Shown in pieces: positions 1 through 11,113 of a stretch of DNA of 64,000 nucleotides (position 1 is the stretch's first letter; each line of letters begins with the position of its first letter). Where the stretch lies: assembly GCA_020536535.1 (NCBI GenBank), contig JAHLWZ010000225.1, positions 21,404 through 85,403 on the forward strand. Reading direction: 5' to 3'. The position numbers and the translations under genes were made by a program. Below the pieces are notes generated by a model that saw only the letters and a list, made by a program, of their open reading frames with translations, did not search any database and had not been told where the DNA came from. The stretch is from Pelomyxa schiedti (taxonomy: Eukaryota; Protista; Evosea).

Positions 1-67
1 TGGAATCGAAACGGAACCTTTTTTCTTTTTCTTTCCGTACCAACCCCAATTTTTTTCTCAGACAGCG

Positions 68-1309
68 ATGGACCCTCGTGTGCAGCGTGTGACGTGGCTA
101 TCCAAGTTGCTGTGGGACACTGTTCTTCCAAACTTCCTTTCCACGATGACCCCGAAGTACGGCGCCGACACGCGGCCCGAGAGGCACGTGGACCTCGAGG
201 ACTACCGCAACGGCTGGGGCCCCAGCCGCCGCAAGCGCAAGATGTCGCGCTTCCAGACCCGCAGCCGCCCCGCGTCCCGCGGCTTCCGCGAGTGCCAGGA
301 CGTCGTCTCCCTCGGCGAGGCGCTGTTCCCCCTGCTCCCGCGGGCCTGCCGCCTCGCCCTGGGCCTGCGCTTCGGCCGCCCCCTCTGCGTCCTCGGCGTC
401 TGCGCCGCGGCCGGCGCCGTCCGCTGCGCCGCGTGGCTCGCCCGCCGCCACCGCGTCGACGGCAGGGCCATGCTCACCAGCGACAACAACAACGTCCTGG
501 CCCTCGCCTGCGGCGCCGGCCGGCTCGACTTTGCCCGCTGGCTGGCGCCCTACTTCTCCGGCTCCTACTACCTCGGCGCCGACCGGGGCGCCTACATGCA
601 CCAGCTGTACGCCGAGGAGGCGTTTCTTTCGGCGTGCGCGGCGGGGCACCTGCAGGTCGCCGAGTTCCTGGTCGGCAGCATCGCGTACGCGCCCGAGGCG
701 ATGCGGTACACTGCCGCCAGGGCTGTGCACTTCGCGGCCATCAAGGGTTACCTCCCGGTGGTGCAGTGGCTGGTGCGCCGGTTCGACGTGGACTGGTACC
801 GGCTCCACCAGGTCGGGAGGGACACCTTGCTGGACACTATTCAGGCCGGCCACATGGAGACCGCCAAGTGGCTGTTTGTCGAGGCGCGGGGCCCGCAAAC
901 GGGTACGCGGCTTCCGGCCGTTTGCCTCGCTCTGTGCAGCCACAGACACTGGGGGTTTCTTCAGTGGATATTCGACCAAGTGGTGAAGTCGCCGGGGCTT
1001 ACACAGGCATCTCTCCAAGGGGCCCTGCATGGGGCTTCTGTGGCTGGTGACGTGGCCACGGCCAAGTGGGTCCTGGAAAAGCTCAAGAGCCCAAACCTCC
1101 CGGCTTATTTGCAGCAGGAAGCAATGGTCGCCCTCGAGAAATCCAGTAACCTGGAGGTGATTTCTTTCCTTGCAGGTGCTTTCAACTTTGGGTATGACGT
1201 GGCAAAGAGACTGGATCTGGCGCTCAAAATCGAAGCCAACTTTGGTGGTGGGGAGACGGAGGCAGAGGAATGGCTGATGGCTACGTTCACTGGTTCCCAT
1301 AATTGCTGA
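68..1309 (+). CDS. Ankyrin-repeat-like protein, single exon, lineage-expanded family
   Basis: 413-aa ORF with degenerate ankyrin-like units (NNNVLALACGAGRLDFARWL, AFLSACAAGHLQVAEFL, AVHFAAIKGYLPVVQWL, TLLDTIQAGHMETAKWL, ALHGASVAGDVATAKWV). N-terminal LSKLLWDTV motif; strongly GC-rich 5' two-thirds. Confidence 0.8.
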   Translation: MDPRVQRVTWLSKLLWDTVLPNFLSTMTPKYGADTRPERHVDLEDYRNGWGPSRRKRKMSRFQTRSRPASRGFRECQDVVSLGEALFPLLPRACRLALGLRFGRPLCVLGVCAAAGAVRCAAWLARRHRVDGRAMLTSDNNNVLALACGAGRLDFARWLAPYFSGSYYLGADRGAYMHQLYAEEAFLSACAAGHLQVAEFLVGSIAYAPEAMRYTAARAVHFAAIKGYLPVVQWLVRRFDVDWYRLHQVGRDTLLDTIQAGHMETAKWLFVEARGPQTGTRLPAVCLALCSHRHWGFLQWIFDQVVKSPGLTQASLQGALHGASVAGDVATAKWVLEKLKSPNLPAYLQQEAMVALEKSSNLEVISFLAGAFNFGYDVAKRLDLALKIEANFGGGETEAEEWLMATFTGSHNC

Positions 1310-1426
1310 CCGTTGGCCGCACTTTGGCCCATCCCCCGCGTACAAAACAAGAAGAGATGAAGCAACCCAAAGCCATTTCAAGTGGGGAAAACCAACAACT
1401 AGATCTTTTGCATTTGAGATTATACA

Positions 1427-1946
1427 TTAGTGTGATGATGAGGGCCTGGGGGAATTGGTGTGAGTCACGCAGTTTTGGGAGTGGCAGAGGTCAAATTGGG
1501 TGGACTTGACAATTGGGATGCCATCAATTTGCACGTGCACGGAATCCGCTGCGGCGTTGTATGACACTCTCAGGTGCTCGATGTAAGAGTCCACGGTCTC
1601 TGGGTTGAGATGAGCGGGAACGTGGATGTGTGCCGGCATCGTCTTTAGCAGAGTGTGCAGCTGGGCTTTGAGGAACGTGGGATCAAAGGAGATAGCACCA
1701 GTACTCTGATTGTATTGATAAGGAAAAGGCCCGGTCCTGTCAATGTGCAACATGTGTAAACAGGAGATGTAGATCCGGGAACAAATACCATCCTACGGAC
1801 TCCGTGCCTTCACCCAGAACCAGAGCCTCCTTTGTATTTGGATTGAATGAGATCGTGATGTCCTCAGTAAGATGGAAGAACAAGATCTTCATCTCATCTC
1901 GCCCACTGTACTCCCCATCAGGCCCCCTCTGCGCTCGTTGTTCCAT
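1427..1946 (-). CDS. Hypothetical ~150-aa protein, two exons
   Basis: ORF 1740..1946 joins ORF 1427..1753 through a GT-AG intron (GGA TG|gtattt...ttgacag|G ACC), giving ...ESVGWTGPFPYQY... No domain recognised. Confidence 0.65.
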
Positions 1947-2178
1947 GAGCTAACACCGCTGTTGTACTTTTGAAGGGATGACGACGGCCGGGCTTGATTT
2001 TACTTCAACAAATGCACGCAAAGATCTCGTTCTGTCGCCACTTATAAAGGCAATGTGCAGGGAACTGCCGTATCTTTGTTCAGTTGCTATTTTTGTCCCT
2101 GGATATTTGATACTAATAAAAGACCCTAAAACGATTCAAACAACAAACAAAATCAAAGAGAAAAAAAATCAAGGGGAG

Positions 2179-2917
2179 ATGAGCAAGTGCCCAACGTAAG
2201 TCCCATAAAGTCGTCGTCGTTCGTGTCGTAGTAAAACATTTATGCAGGTGCGGGAAGACTGTGTACTTTGCGGAGCGATTTTCCGCCCTCGGAAAGTGCG
2301 TTGACACGAAAAAACTCTTGTATACACAACCGTTTAACTTTTTTAATTTGCAGAGATTACCACAAACTTTGCTTCAAGTGTGTGTCATGCAAGAAGCAGT
2401 TGGAGTTGGGCAAATTTAGCGAGCGCGACGGTCAGTTGTTCTGCAAAATGTGGTAAGTACACCTCAACTACTTAATGAAGATAAATTTCCTCAGTTCTCA
2501 CTTTATCAAGCTATAACTCCCGATTCCAAGATAAGGGGTTAGTACACCGCTTTATTCTTTTTAGGCAAACCTAATCCCAACTGGGTTATCCCATTCCTAA
2601 AAAAAGCTATGGTTTTGGTGGATCAGGAGGAACACTCAGTTCCTATACTCCAGGGACGGCAACAGTGACCGTCGAAATGCATAGTAGCCCCGACGTAAAC
2701 AGGCCCTCTGCTATTAAAACAACCACGTCATCCGCTCCCCCGCCTCCCCCAAGGTCTTTCCTACAATTCTATTGTTTGGTCTCCACTTATTAGTTAACAC
2801 AGGACCACTACCTCGTCGACCCCAGCTTCAAGCGGCAGTGGGCCGAATTTCTGCCCGCAGTGTGGTGCAAAGTGTGCAGGAGCAAGGTTCTGCCCAGGTT
2901 GTGGTCAGAAATTATAA
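2179..2917 (+). CDS. LIM-domain protein (CRP/CRIP-like) with C-terminal double zinc ribbon
   Basis: Spliced: MSKCPT|CGKTVYFAERFSALGK|DYHKLCFKCVSCKKQLELGKFSERDGQLFCKMC|YNSRFQDKG|YGFGGSGGTL... ending FCPQCGAKCAGARFCPGCGQKL*. LIM Cys/His pattern, CRP-type GYGFGG loop, canonical splice sites. Confidence 0.85.
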
Positions 2918-3035
2918 TCTTAATCCGATGCCACATTATCCTCGCCACATGAAATAAGAGAAATTGCAATTTCTAGTCACACGGAAGTCTTGTTATTTAT
3001 TTTTCCAAAATTTGGGAAAGTACAAACAGTAGAGC

Positions 3036-5024
3036 TCATAATACTGGTTGTTTGTGGGGAAGGACTGTGTCCAGGTTGGCCACATTGAAAGCCATCACAG
3101 CAACTGCCACAGAACAAGTAGTGAAGTACTCATAGGAAAGTTTGTCAGGAGTGTCAGCATAACTGTGGTGTAGGTCCCAGTACTCAGAATATGGGTCATA
3201 GTACCCCTGGGTAACAACGGCCATGGCGGGAACACCCTGCTGTTCTAGGGCTTGTGTGTCTGTTTATAAACATAAGTTTTCAATAGTTACTTCCTTCACT
3301 GATTGTTTGTGGTTTTTGGGTTTGCTATTATTTACTAGTTTTTTTCAACTAACCTAAGCAGCCACCCCCAGGTACGAGGGTGATGTTTATTCCGTAATCT
3401 GCCAGAATCTTCATTGTGGGAGCGAGCATGTCAAAGGCCTCCTGTGGTCCACTAAATCGGAAGTAGTCCAGAGGTAACATCCCATGATCCATTTCCAGAG
3501 CCAATGAGGTGTTTCCCAGCTCGCCGGCGTGAGTTACGGCGTAGGACTGGCCCCCCTGGCCTCCAAACTCCTCACAGGTCCACATCACAAGCCGTATAGT
3601 ACGCCTAGCTCTAATTCCTGCAAGGTGCATGCTGCGTACTACTTGCCATGCAGCTGCAATAGCTGCGGCGTCGTCATGGGCTCCAGACATCCACCTGGGG
3701 GCAAGGGTTATTCGGATTGTGATGAGAGGTGTTTTACGAGTCTAGGTGCCCACTGATTATCACTACTTCATTGGGGAATTCAGTGCCTGGGATGTCGAGA
3801 ATTGTGTTATGGGAAATGGTGGTTCCACTCATGCTACAGTTGAGAACAAGCTTCAGTCGCGGAACCTGGTTAATGAAGCGTAGACCTATTAGTAACATAA
3901 ACTATTCACCCAAAGAAAGTGGGTACATACCTGCCCTCTCAGTTGCATTCTATGAAGCATACTTGCATCCTCAACTAATTCATTTGTTTCAGTAATAGAC
4001 TAGAGGTACTTAGAAAGACCTGTTATTGATCCTGCAGGAATTGATGTTGTTGTAGAAGAGCCTGTATGCAGGGTATACAGGGATGCAGGAGCAAGTGACA
4101 TTGTGAGAGAAGCAATTCTAAACCAAAGCAAGGTGAAAATTTAATTTCAGAGTACCTGCCGCGCACCCTCCAACAGCTGCAGCCCGTACGGCACCTTCGA
4201 TTCTATAAAGTGCATTGTAGCTTACATAGGGTACATCATAAACAATAACTGAAGAGATTCAGATCAGAAGTAGAGGGCAAACTGGGACCTACTCTTTCCC
4301 GCAGCCTCACTGCTTCTATTTTGCAGTTCCTCAAAATTGGACACAACCAGAGCCTCAGCTTCAATCCCCGCAGGATCTTGCCAACGTTGATGGATTTGTA
4401 ACAATGCAAGGAAAAAACCTGTGCCAATTGAGAGCCCCAGAGCCGTCACTGCAAGACTCCTTGGCATTCCAGGGGATAAAAGCCGAAGGGAATCACCACT
4501 TGGGTTGTGGTACCAATTGGGTACTGTAACATTTTCGGTATATCCCGTCATTCCTTCCTTTTTCATTTCGCTCAAGCACCATTCCACAGCCGCTGTTTTT
4601 GTTGTTTGAAGTTGATTTGCTATTGTAAGTTGCATCCGCAAATAAAGCATTGATAATTCAAAGAGAGTAAGCTTTAGAGCCAGGTGAGAGAAAGGGCAAC
4701 ACCATCCATATTCGAGCTGCTGCATACCCTTGCTGGGTATAAGTCACACAATTCACAAAGTCTGGAAAATTGTACCTATGCGGAAAAAGTATAAGCCAAA
4801 GAAAAAAATTACAGAACAGAAACGCCAGTAGACAAACTTACATTGTCAGACAGAATTGAATTGACGAGGATATCCAATTGCGTCATCTCGGAGTCACTTT
4901 GGGCTCCTCCACTCCCTCCCACAAGTGAGGCAATGATGCCCAGTCCGCATAGAACCACAAGCCCGAGAAGGACCCCCACCGCCATCACAGTACTGCCAGG
5001 CCCCGCAAACGACTTGTGGGGCAT
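3036..5024 (-). CDS. CPQ: Carboxypeptidase Q (M28 family, PA domain), N-terminal signal/anchor
   Basis: Exons give ENVTVPNW...LAVTALGLSIGT, PAGIEAEALVVSNFEELQNRSSEAAGK, GAHDDAAA, RTIRLVMWTCEEFGGQG, LEMDHG, HHSYADT, colinear with CPQ/PGCP. Hydrophobic N-terminus in ORF 4809..5024. Confidence 0.92.
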
Positions 5025-5567
5025 TTAACAAAGGCATTTCTTTTTCACCCGGAGCTTTTCTTTCCATTCTCTAGGATTGGACAAAGACCAAATGGGCCCA
5101 CCCAAAGGGAAGTGTGTGTTCGCGTATTGTCACCTGCGGTCACGTTTGGCAGTGCATGATTTGGGGAGAAAGCGGAACTCCCGAAAGTGCCCCTTGGACG
5201 TTCGTCAACCCATCATTCCGGATATTGTGCACGAAAACAGCAGTTGTTGTTACAGAGGTCTTTTTTGCGAAGTTGATGTACTTTCGTAACAACCCTGATA
5301 TTAACCGGCCTCTGAGTCTTTCTCACTGACAACACGTAAACCCCCGTTGTTGTAGCGCTGAACTCTTTGTGCGTACAAAAGTGACACAAGTTCCCTGCAC
5401 ATCTTGTCACCCTTTTGTTTCATTTTTTAAAATAAAATTTGTGTTGAGGGCAGGAGGAGATGCGTAACGGTGACAACACACGCGTGTTTTACTTTATTCG
5501 GTAGTTCTTAACACAACATAAGAAATTATTGTCGTTTGTAGCCTTGTGATACTGCTAGTATAAATCA

Positions 5568-6653
5568 ATGTCGTCAACTCTTTTGGAAAGGATCTTAAGC
5601 ACACGAGGTTCGATTTTTCTCTCTTTTCACTTGTTGTTTTTTTACGAGGCCGTTAGACAAAAGAGTCGAGAACTGGCCACTTAATGGTACTCCTACTATC
5701 AGTGTAGCTGTTGTATTTGCATATGCTGCTATTTTGTGGTATTACACGAGCAAAAAGAAGCCGAGCAAAGCCGAGGGCAAACCAAATGCACAACCGTACT
5801 TACGCTTTGCTACTTTGCTGTATGACATTCTTGTGGCTGGCTTGAATTTGTACATTGGCATGGGCATTCTCCGAGAAGTGACTAAGCTGGAGTACTCATG
5901 GGTACCCAGGAGAATGACTTCGTTTCTTTTTAAATGTACAAATAGGTGTGCAACGATTTTGAATACTCCGAGAGGACACTGGCTCTATCTGGTTATCTGT
6001 GGTGGTTTTTTGTATCGAAACACTTTGAACTACTGGATACCGTAATCTTTTTTTTCTTTTTATGTTAGTAAGTAAGACCACTCCAACCTTCATACAGATC
6101 ATCATGCTCGTAAAAAACAACCTTGATCAAGTGACAGTTCTACATGTTTATCACCACTTAACAATGCCACTCTTATGGTGGATTGGGGTACCTTCTTTTC
6201 TTGAGGGAAAAATCATTAATCTCTTTCCTCCAGTCGAATTGGGTGGCTTTAGGGGATGCCTACTGGTCCGCGCTAGTGAACTCCTTTGTTCACGTGATCA
6301 TGTACAGTTACTATGCCCTCGCCGCCGTTGGGTTCAGACCGTCATGGAAGAGAGCACTTACCAGTATACAGGTCTTTATCACCCTTTTTTTTTGTGGTAA
6401 TAAACTTATACTTAAACACAGATGACACAGTTTGTCTTGAATATAATACATTCAGTGACGGCACTAGTCCGCGGTTGTGGGTGTGTTCCCTATCTCCAAC
6501 TTTCAGCCCTCTTACTCCTTCCCTAGATACATACCATGGATGCACTGGGGCATGGTCGTTTACATGCTGTCACTTCTTTTCTTCTTCGGCCAATTTTACC
6601 TCCATGCCTACAACCCCTCCCACAAAAAGTCCACGCGACCACACGACTCATAA
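5568..6653 (+). CDS. Fatty-acid elongase (ELO/GNS1/SUR4 family)
   Basis: SKHFELLDT, QVTVLHVYHH (HxxHH motif), GDAYWSALVNSFVHVIMYSYY, LTSIQ|MTQF, YMLSLLFFFGQFY; multiple introns. Confidence 0.93.
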
Positions 6654-6757
6654 CACCACAGAGCCACCAACCTTTTTTGCCACTTGAATTTTGAAGCAAC
6701 CTTTTTTTTCTCAAATCTCTATCGAAAAAACCGTTCAAACGGCACCACGACGTTTCG

Positions 6758-9209
6758 ATGTCACGGAAGGCGTCGTCAGACCCAGCGTTGGAGGTTTCAC
6801 CTGAATTGCAGATGATACTAATTCGACAACAATTGGCTGTGCGTGCCAGAGCTAATTGATTGACTACTATTGAATTGAAAAACGCCTTTGACAGTGGGAG
6901 GAATTGCCATTGTAGTGATTAAAATACTTAGGGTTGGCTTGTGAAAAAAGGTGGGGCTGGGATTGTGAAACTGCAGAGGAGATACTTCTATATTGCTAAT
7001 AGGTTTTTCTGGTCCTATGCACTTTCCCCTAATGGTTTGGTGTCACTCCTTGATTCCAATAGCTAACCTCTTGATAAGAGGTGAAGCCAAAAGGTGATAT
7101 TGACCTTAGAACAGTCAACAAAGTGGAACTTCTACCTGTAATTCTCCCTAAAGCACCATTTCCTTGTTTTAACTCAGCTTCCCAAGTTAGTTGATGAACT
7201 TAGCTTTATTGTTGTGAGTGATGCTAGACCTAAGCCCTATATTCTCAAAGCAGCAACAGGGTCTGAAGCGAAACTCTGGTATCTTTAGCAGGTGTTTTTC
7301 ACTTTCTTCCCTTTTTAAAAAGGGTCACCTGTATTCTTGAAACCGTGGAAAAACTGAAAATTCGTGTGAGTTTTGTTTGCTCTGCCTTTATCCTGAATTC
7401 GAAATAGGAAAATGACTCCGTTGCCAGGTATATCGTTGTTAAATTACTTGACCTCATTCTTTCCTGTTTGATAACACACTTCATACCCAAGTATGCAGTC
7501 AATATGTTGATTTCTTGATTTAAGAAAAGGAAAATTAAGGTTCCTTAGACATTCTGAGCTTGAATGATCTGACTGGTGGTTCCCTTAAGTTCATTACCGC
7601 AGTATCCCCTTCAACATCAACAGAAACAATTCCACTCCCAACCCAAAAAACGTGGGTTGCTCCTGTGCGGTCCAAATCGCACCAGAGGATTGCTTATTTC
7701 AGCACCAGCAATAGACGACTTGTTTCAACAGAGGATGACACACAATCTGCACGTCTTGAGGACCCATCAACATTATTTCCTCATGACTACATAGCTCCTT
7801 CCTTTCCCGCTGCTGTAGTAGCAGCAGGTATCACTCTTCTCCATTCATTCAAAACACAATTTTATTAGGTATTCCAAGTGCGGAGGCTGTAGCAGAGGTA
7901 TGTCTAGAACGCGCACAGTCCTGTCCAAGACCCAATGGCATGACAATAGAAGAAGGTTTTTTCCCAGTGCCACCTCCTAGTCTATTTTTACACCAACAAT
8001 TTCCCAATCAAGCTGCTGCCATACTGCTCTACACATTTGATTTTGGGTCAACGTCGAAAGTGGAGAATCCTTATGCATTGGTTAACACAGCACTTGTCAC
8101 ACGGAATATCTTAAAAATGCGGAATGTACGAGACTTCTTGTGGTTGTTGCTCTCGGCTTTACGAAGGCTGGAGAGGGTTCAGTATCCTCTGCTCTACCGA
8201 GGCATCACGAAACGAGTTGATGTGAACAAGTACCACCGCTCCTCAACAGTGATATGGCACACTTTCTGCTCCACCACAACTGACATGCAAGTGACTCAAG
8301 GTTTCCTTACTGACAAGGTCACCAAGGAGACATCCGGAACTTTGTTTGTTGTCCGCGATGCATGGGGATATAACATACAGAAGTACAGCTTCATGCCTGG
8401 TGAACAAGGTGGAAAGTGTTGAACTTCATTCCCCTTCCGTCTAATCTAATTCAAAAAGAAATAATTCTCGAGCCCGAGTTAGAATTCCAGGTCTCCGGTG
8501 TGCTTAATTTGCCATTAGTAGTTGTAGAACTTTCCATGACACCGAATTCACCCCTCATGCTCCAAAAAGAAATAAGTACGCCTTATATATTCCTGGTTAT
8601 TCCACTCCAATTGACACATATTCTTCCAGATAAGTTCCGAAGCACAGCCGCAATAGAAAATATCATTACCGTAGAACACAAAGAACCAGAAACCCAAGCT
8701 CCCCTTTGTGAGACAACGATTGCCACCCGGTTTATAACACCGGAATCCACTCCGGAACCCACCAAACCACCAGATTCTCCCTTTGCGTCACGCACATTTC
8801 CTCTTACCACTGAACCATCATCGATTTCACAATCACCATCAACCACAACAACTACCCCTCCTCCCTCCCATAATAGTTCTGGCACAGCGGAGCCACCGTC
8901 ACTACCACCTGCGCCATCAACACCCACAAATCACGGTGACGTCATAACCTGCCTTGTTCAGCATGACAACCGCAAGTACCGGCTTAAGGTACCAAGGCCT
9001 ACTTGTGTGGCTGAGGTGAACACACAGGCACTCAAAGTTGCTGGAATTACTGATACTGCAAAGATTGTTGAGGTTTTTGAGCAGACTCTCAATGAATGGG
9101 TGGTTCTTGATGGTATGTGCGAAATATCCTATACTTCATTCTCAATTCCCAAATAGATATGGACCTGGTTCTTTCAAACAATGTTACTAAACTGCGAATT
9201 GTCGATTGA
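6758..9209 (+). CDS. PH domain + NAD:arginine-type mono-ADP-ribosyltransferase domain + Pro/Thr linker + C-terminal ubiquitin-like/PB1-like domain
   Basis: PH: GWLVKKGGAGIVKLQRRYFYI...KPKGDIDLRTV...YILKAATGSEAKLW (~6930-7290). ART: MTIEE|AAAILLYT...NPYALVN...LYRG...WHTFCSTT...GYNIQKYSFMPGEQ|EIILEPELEFQV (~7940-8530). The 5' exon structure and the 3' end are approximate. Confidence 0.8.
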
Positions 9210-9582
9210 TCAATACTCACGGACGAGGCAGATGTGACTGATCCAGTTGTATCTCTGGACTCGGTACAACTGGCCGTTCTTTCCACAAGTTGTCTGCTGT
9301 GAGAAGAAAGTCTTTTGTTGGACATTTTGGTGTTATTTTAAAAAAGAAAAGAGGAAAATAAATGATAGAACTCCGGCTACCAGTTAATGTCTGCAGCAAT
9401 ATGCTGTGGTCTCTGTACCCCCAGAAGGCCGCACCATTACACCCCCCTCAGGCAGTGGATAATCCCCAACAAATTGGTTGTTCAATTTCCAAACAGTTAC
9501 ATCAATACTATTGGAGGTGTTTGGAAAGAATGGTTTCAAACATTTTCTTCCCGAAATGAGTGGTTTTGTGGTGGTAAATGTA

Positions 9583-10952
9583 TCAAGGTAAACTGATACT
9601 GTTGAGCTGGGTCATTACACTGGAAGTTCGGGTCTTCGCATATTCCAGGCACAGTTTCAGAGTTGTTGGTTCGATGGGTGAACCTGTGAAAATGTCACAC
9701 AACAGTCAATCAGTTTTGGATTGTTGTCCAACCTCCAGGTTTGTAGACGTCGCACAATTGTCCCTGTTCGTTATAAACAATTGACATAAAACCGGAGCTC
9801 AGCAATTCTTCTTCAAAAGTGGGATCGGCGATAATCTGACTGAAGATATTAACTTTAAGGTCAATGGGAGAGGAGTTACTCTTCAAAGAAAGCAAAAGTC
9901 AATGAGACAGGGTGGTGGAGAAGGGATAATCGCCGTGGCGGTGATTTGGTAACTATAAGTGGCACTCCGTCATCAGAGACAGTGCCACAAGGTAATTCAA
10001 CTGGATTGCCAGTAAGATAACCACACTCACCTTGTCACATACCAATTTTGAGAGAGGCCAGGAGAGCTAAAAGGCAACAATCAAACGCATTTCCGTCATA
10101 GTCGACACAATATATATCCACGAAAATATACCTGTTTGTGTTTTATTCTTGGGGGCGGAACAAATTCATACACACCAAACAAATTTTCCTTCTTGGTCGA
10201 ACCACAAGTCCTGGGGTCGGAACAGTGGCATTCTTTTTTTTTGGTTTGAGGGTTGATGGGAAAAAGGTATAAACCTAGTGATAATGGAATTGAGTCGTTG
10301 TGTAACTGAGCTTATGGTGTGCCTCGTAAAATCATCTTTCGCACTTCTGAATTTTGAGTTGGACATTCCTCCAATTTCAACATTGACAACTGTTCAAGTA
10401 CCAGTGAATAAGCTCCTGGGCTGTAAGCCAGATAACAAACCTACATTACAGCCAGAAATAGCCGTGGAATTATCTCGTTCAGATCCAGTCAGGGTGCCTG
10501 AGGGAGGCTCCAGGTTTGCACTCTGTGACACCACAGAACCCCCTCGCCCAACTTCCAGCTTTATTCCCGCCACTGCAGACGTGCCACTCCCCATTCTAAC
10601 AAATGCACTGCCATCAGCACAACTGCTCACGGGTGCCGTATTAATCAACCCAGTCACTGACCTAATAACAATGACTCAACAAACACTCCACACGTAGTGG
10701 ATACTACTGGATCATAGAGAATATAAATTATAAGCGCTTAAAATGATGAAAATAAAAATAAAAAATAAAAAATAAAAAATCAAAAAATACACACGTGTGC
10801 GGTGAGGCAGTAGTGTCGCGACCACCCTTTGACGTTGTCACAATTGTGGGAACCCTTGCCGTTGTAAGAGACCTACCATCCGGCCTCACACCCTGAGCAA
10901 CAAACCGCTTCAAATACTCCTCAGGATAGATCTTGCAAAATGCAGCGCACAT
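9583..10952 (-). CDS. EXOSC8: Exosome complex RNase PH-like subunit RRP43
   Basis: MCAAFCKIYPEEYLKRFVAQGVRPDGR, ADGSAFVRMG, QDLWFDQEGKFVWCV, IADPTFEEELLSSGFMSIVYNEQGQLCDVYKPGG; colinear with RRP43. Confidence 0.9.
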
Positions 10953-11113
10953 TCGCAACGTGTCACACTAGAGAGTCCTGGATTTGGCCTTCACAGCTTT
11001 GTTTACGAAGACAGGGCCGAGGTGTCACGCTGAGCACCGATCAATTAATTGGCTTTAATTTCGAAAAACAAAGCAACTGTTGTAGATTTGATCTTAGGCT
11101 AAGACGAGGACTT

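Noticed and set aside
94-1381. Long alternate-frame and antisense ORFs (318 aa +, 427 aa -) overlapping gene 68..1309
   Set aside because: Arg/Pro/Ala-rich shadow ORFs expected from stop-codon depletion in GC-rich coding DNA. The same applies to ORFs near 11924-12673, 13660-14261, 28354-28963, 44277-44833 and 47384-47758.
5030-5560. Short ORFs between the divergent CPQ and ELO genes
   Set aside because: No recognisable motifs, frames broken by stops, no convincing splice joins; treated as a bidirectional promoter/UTR region.
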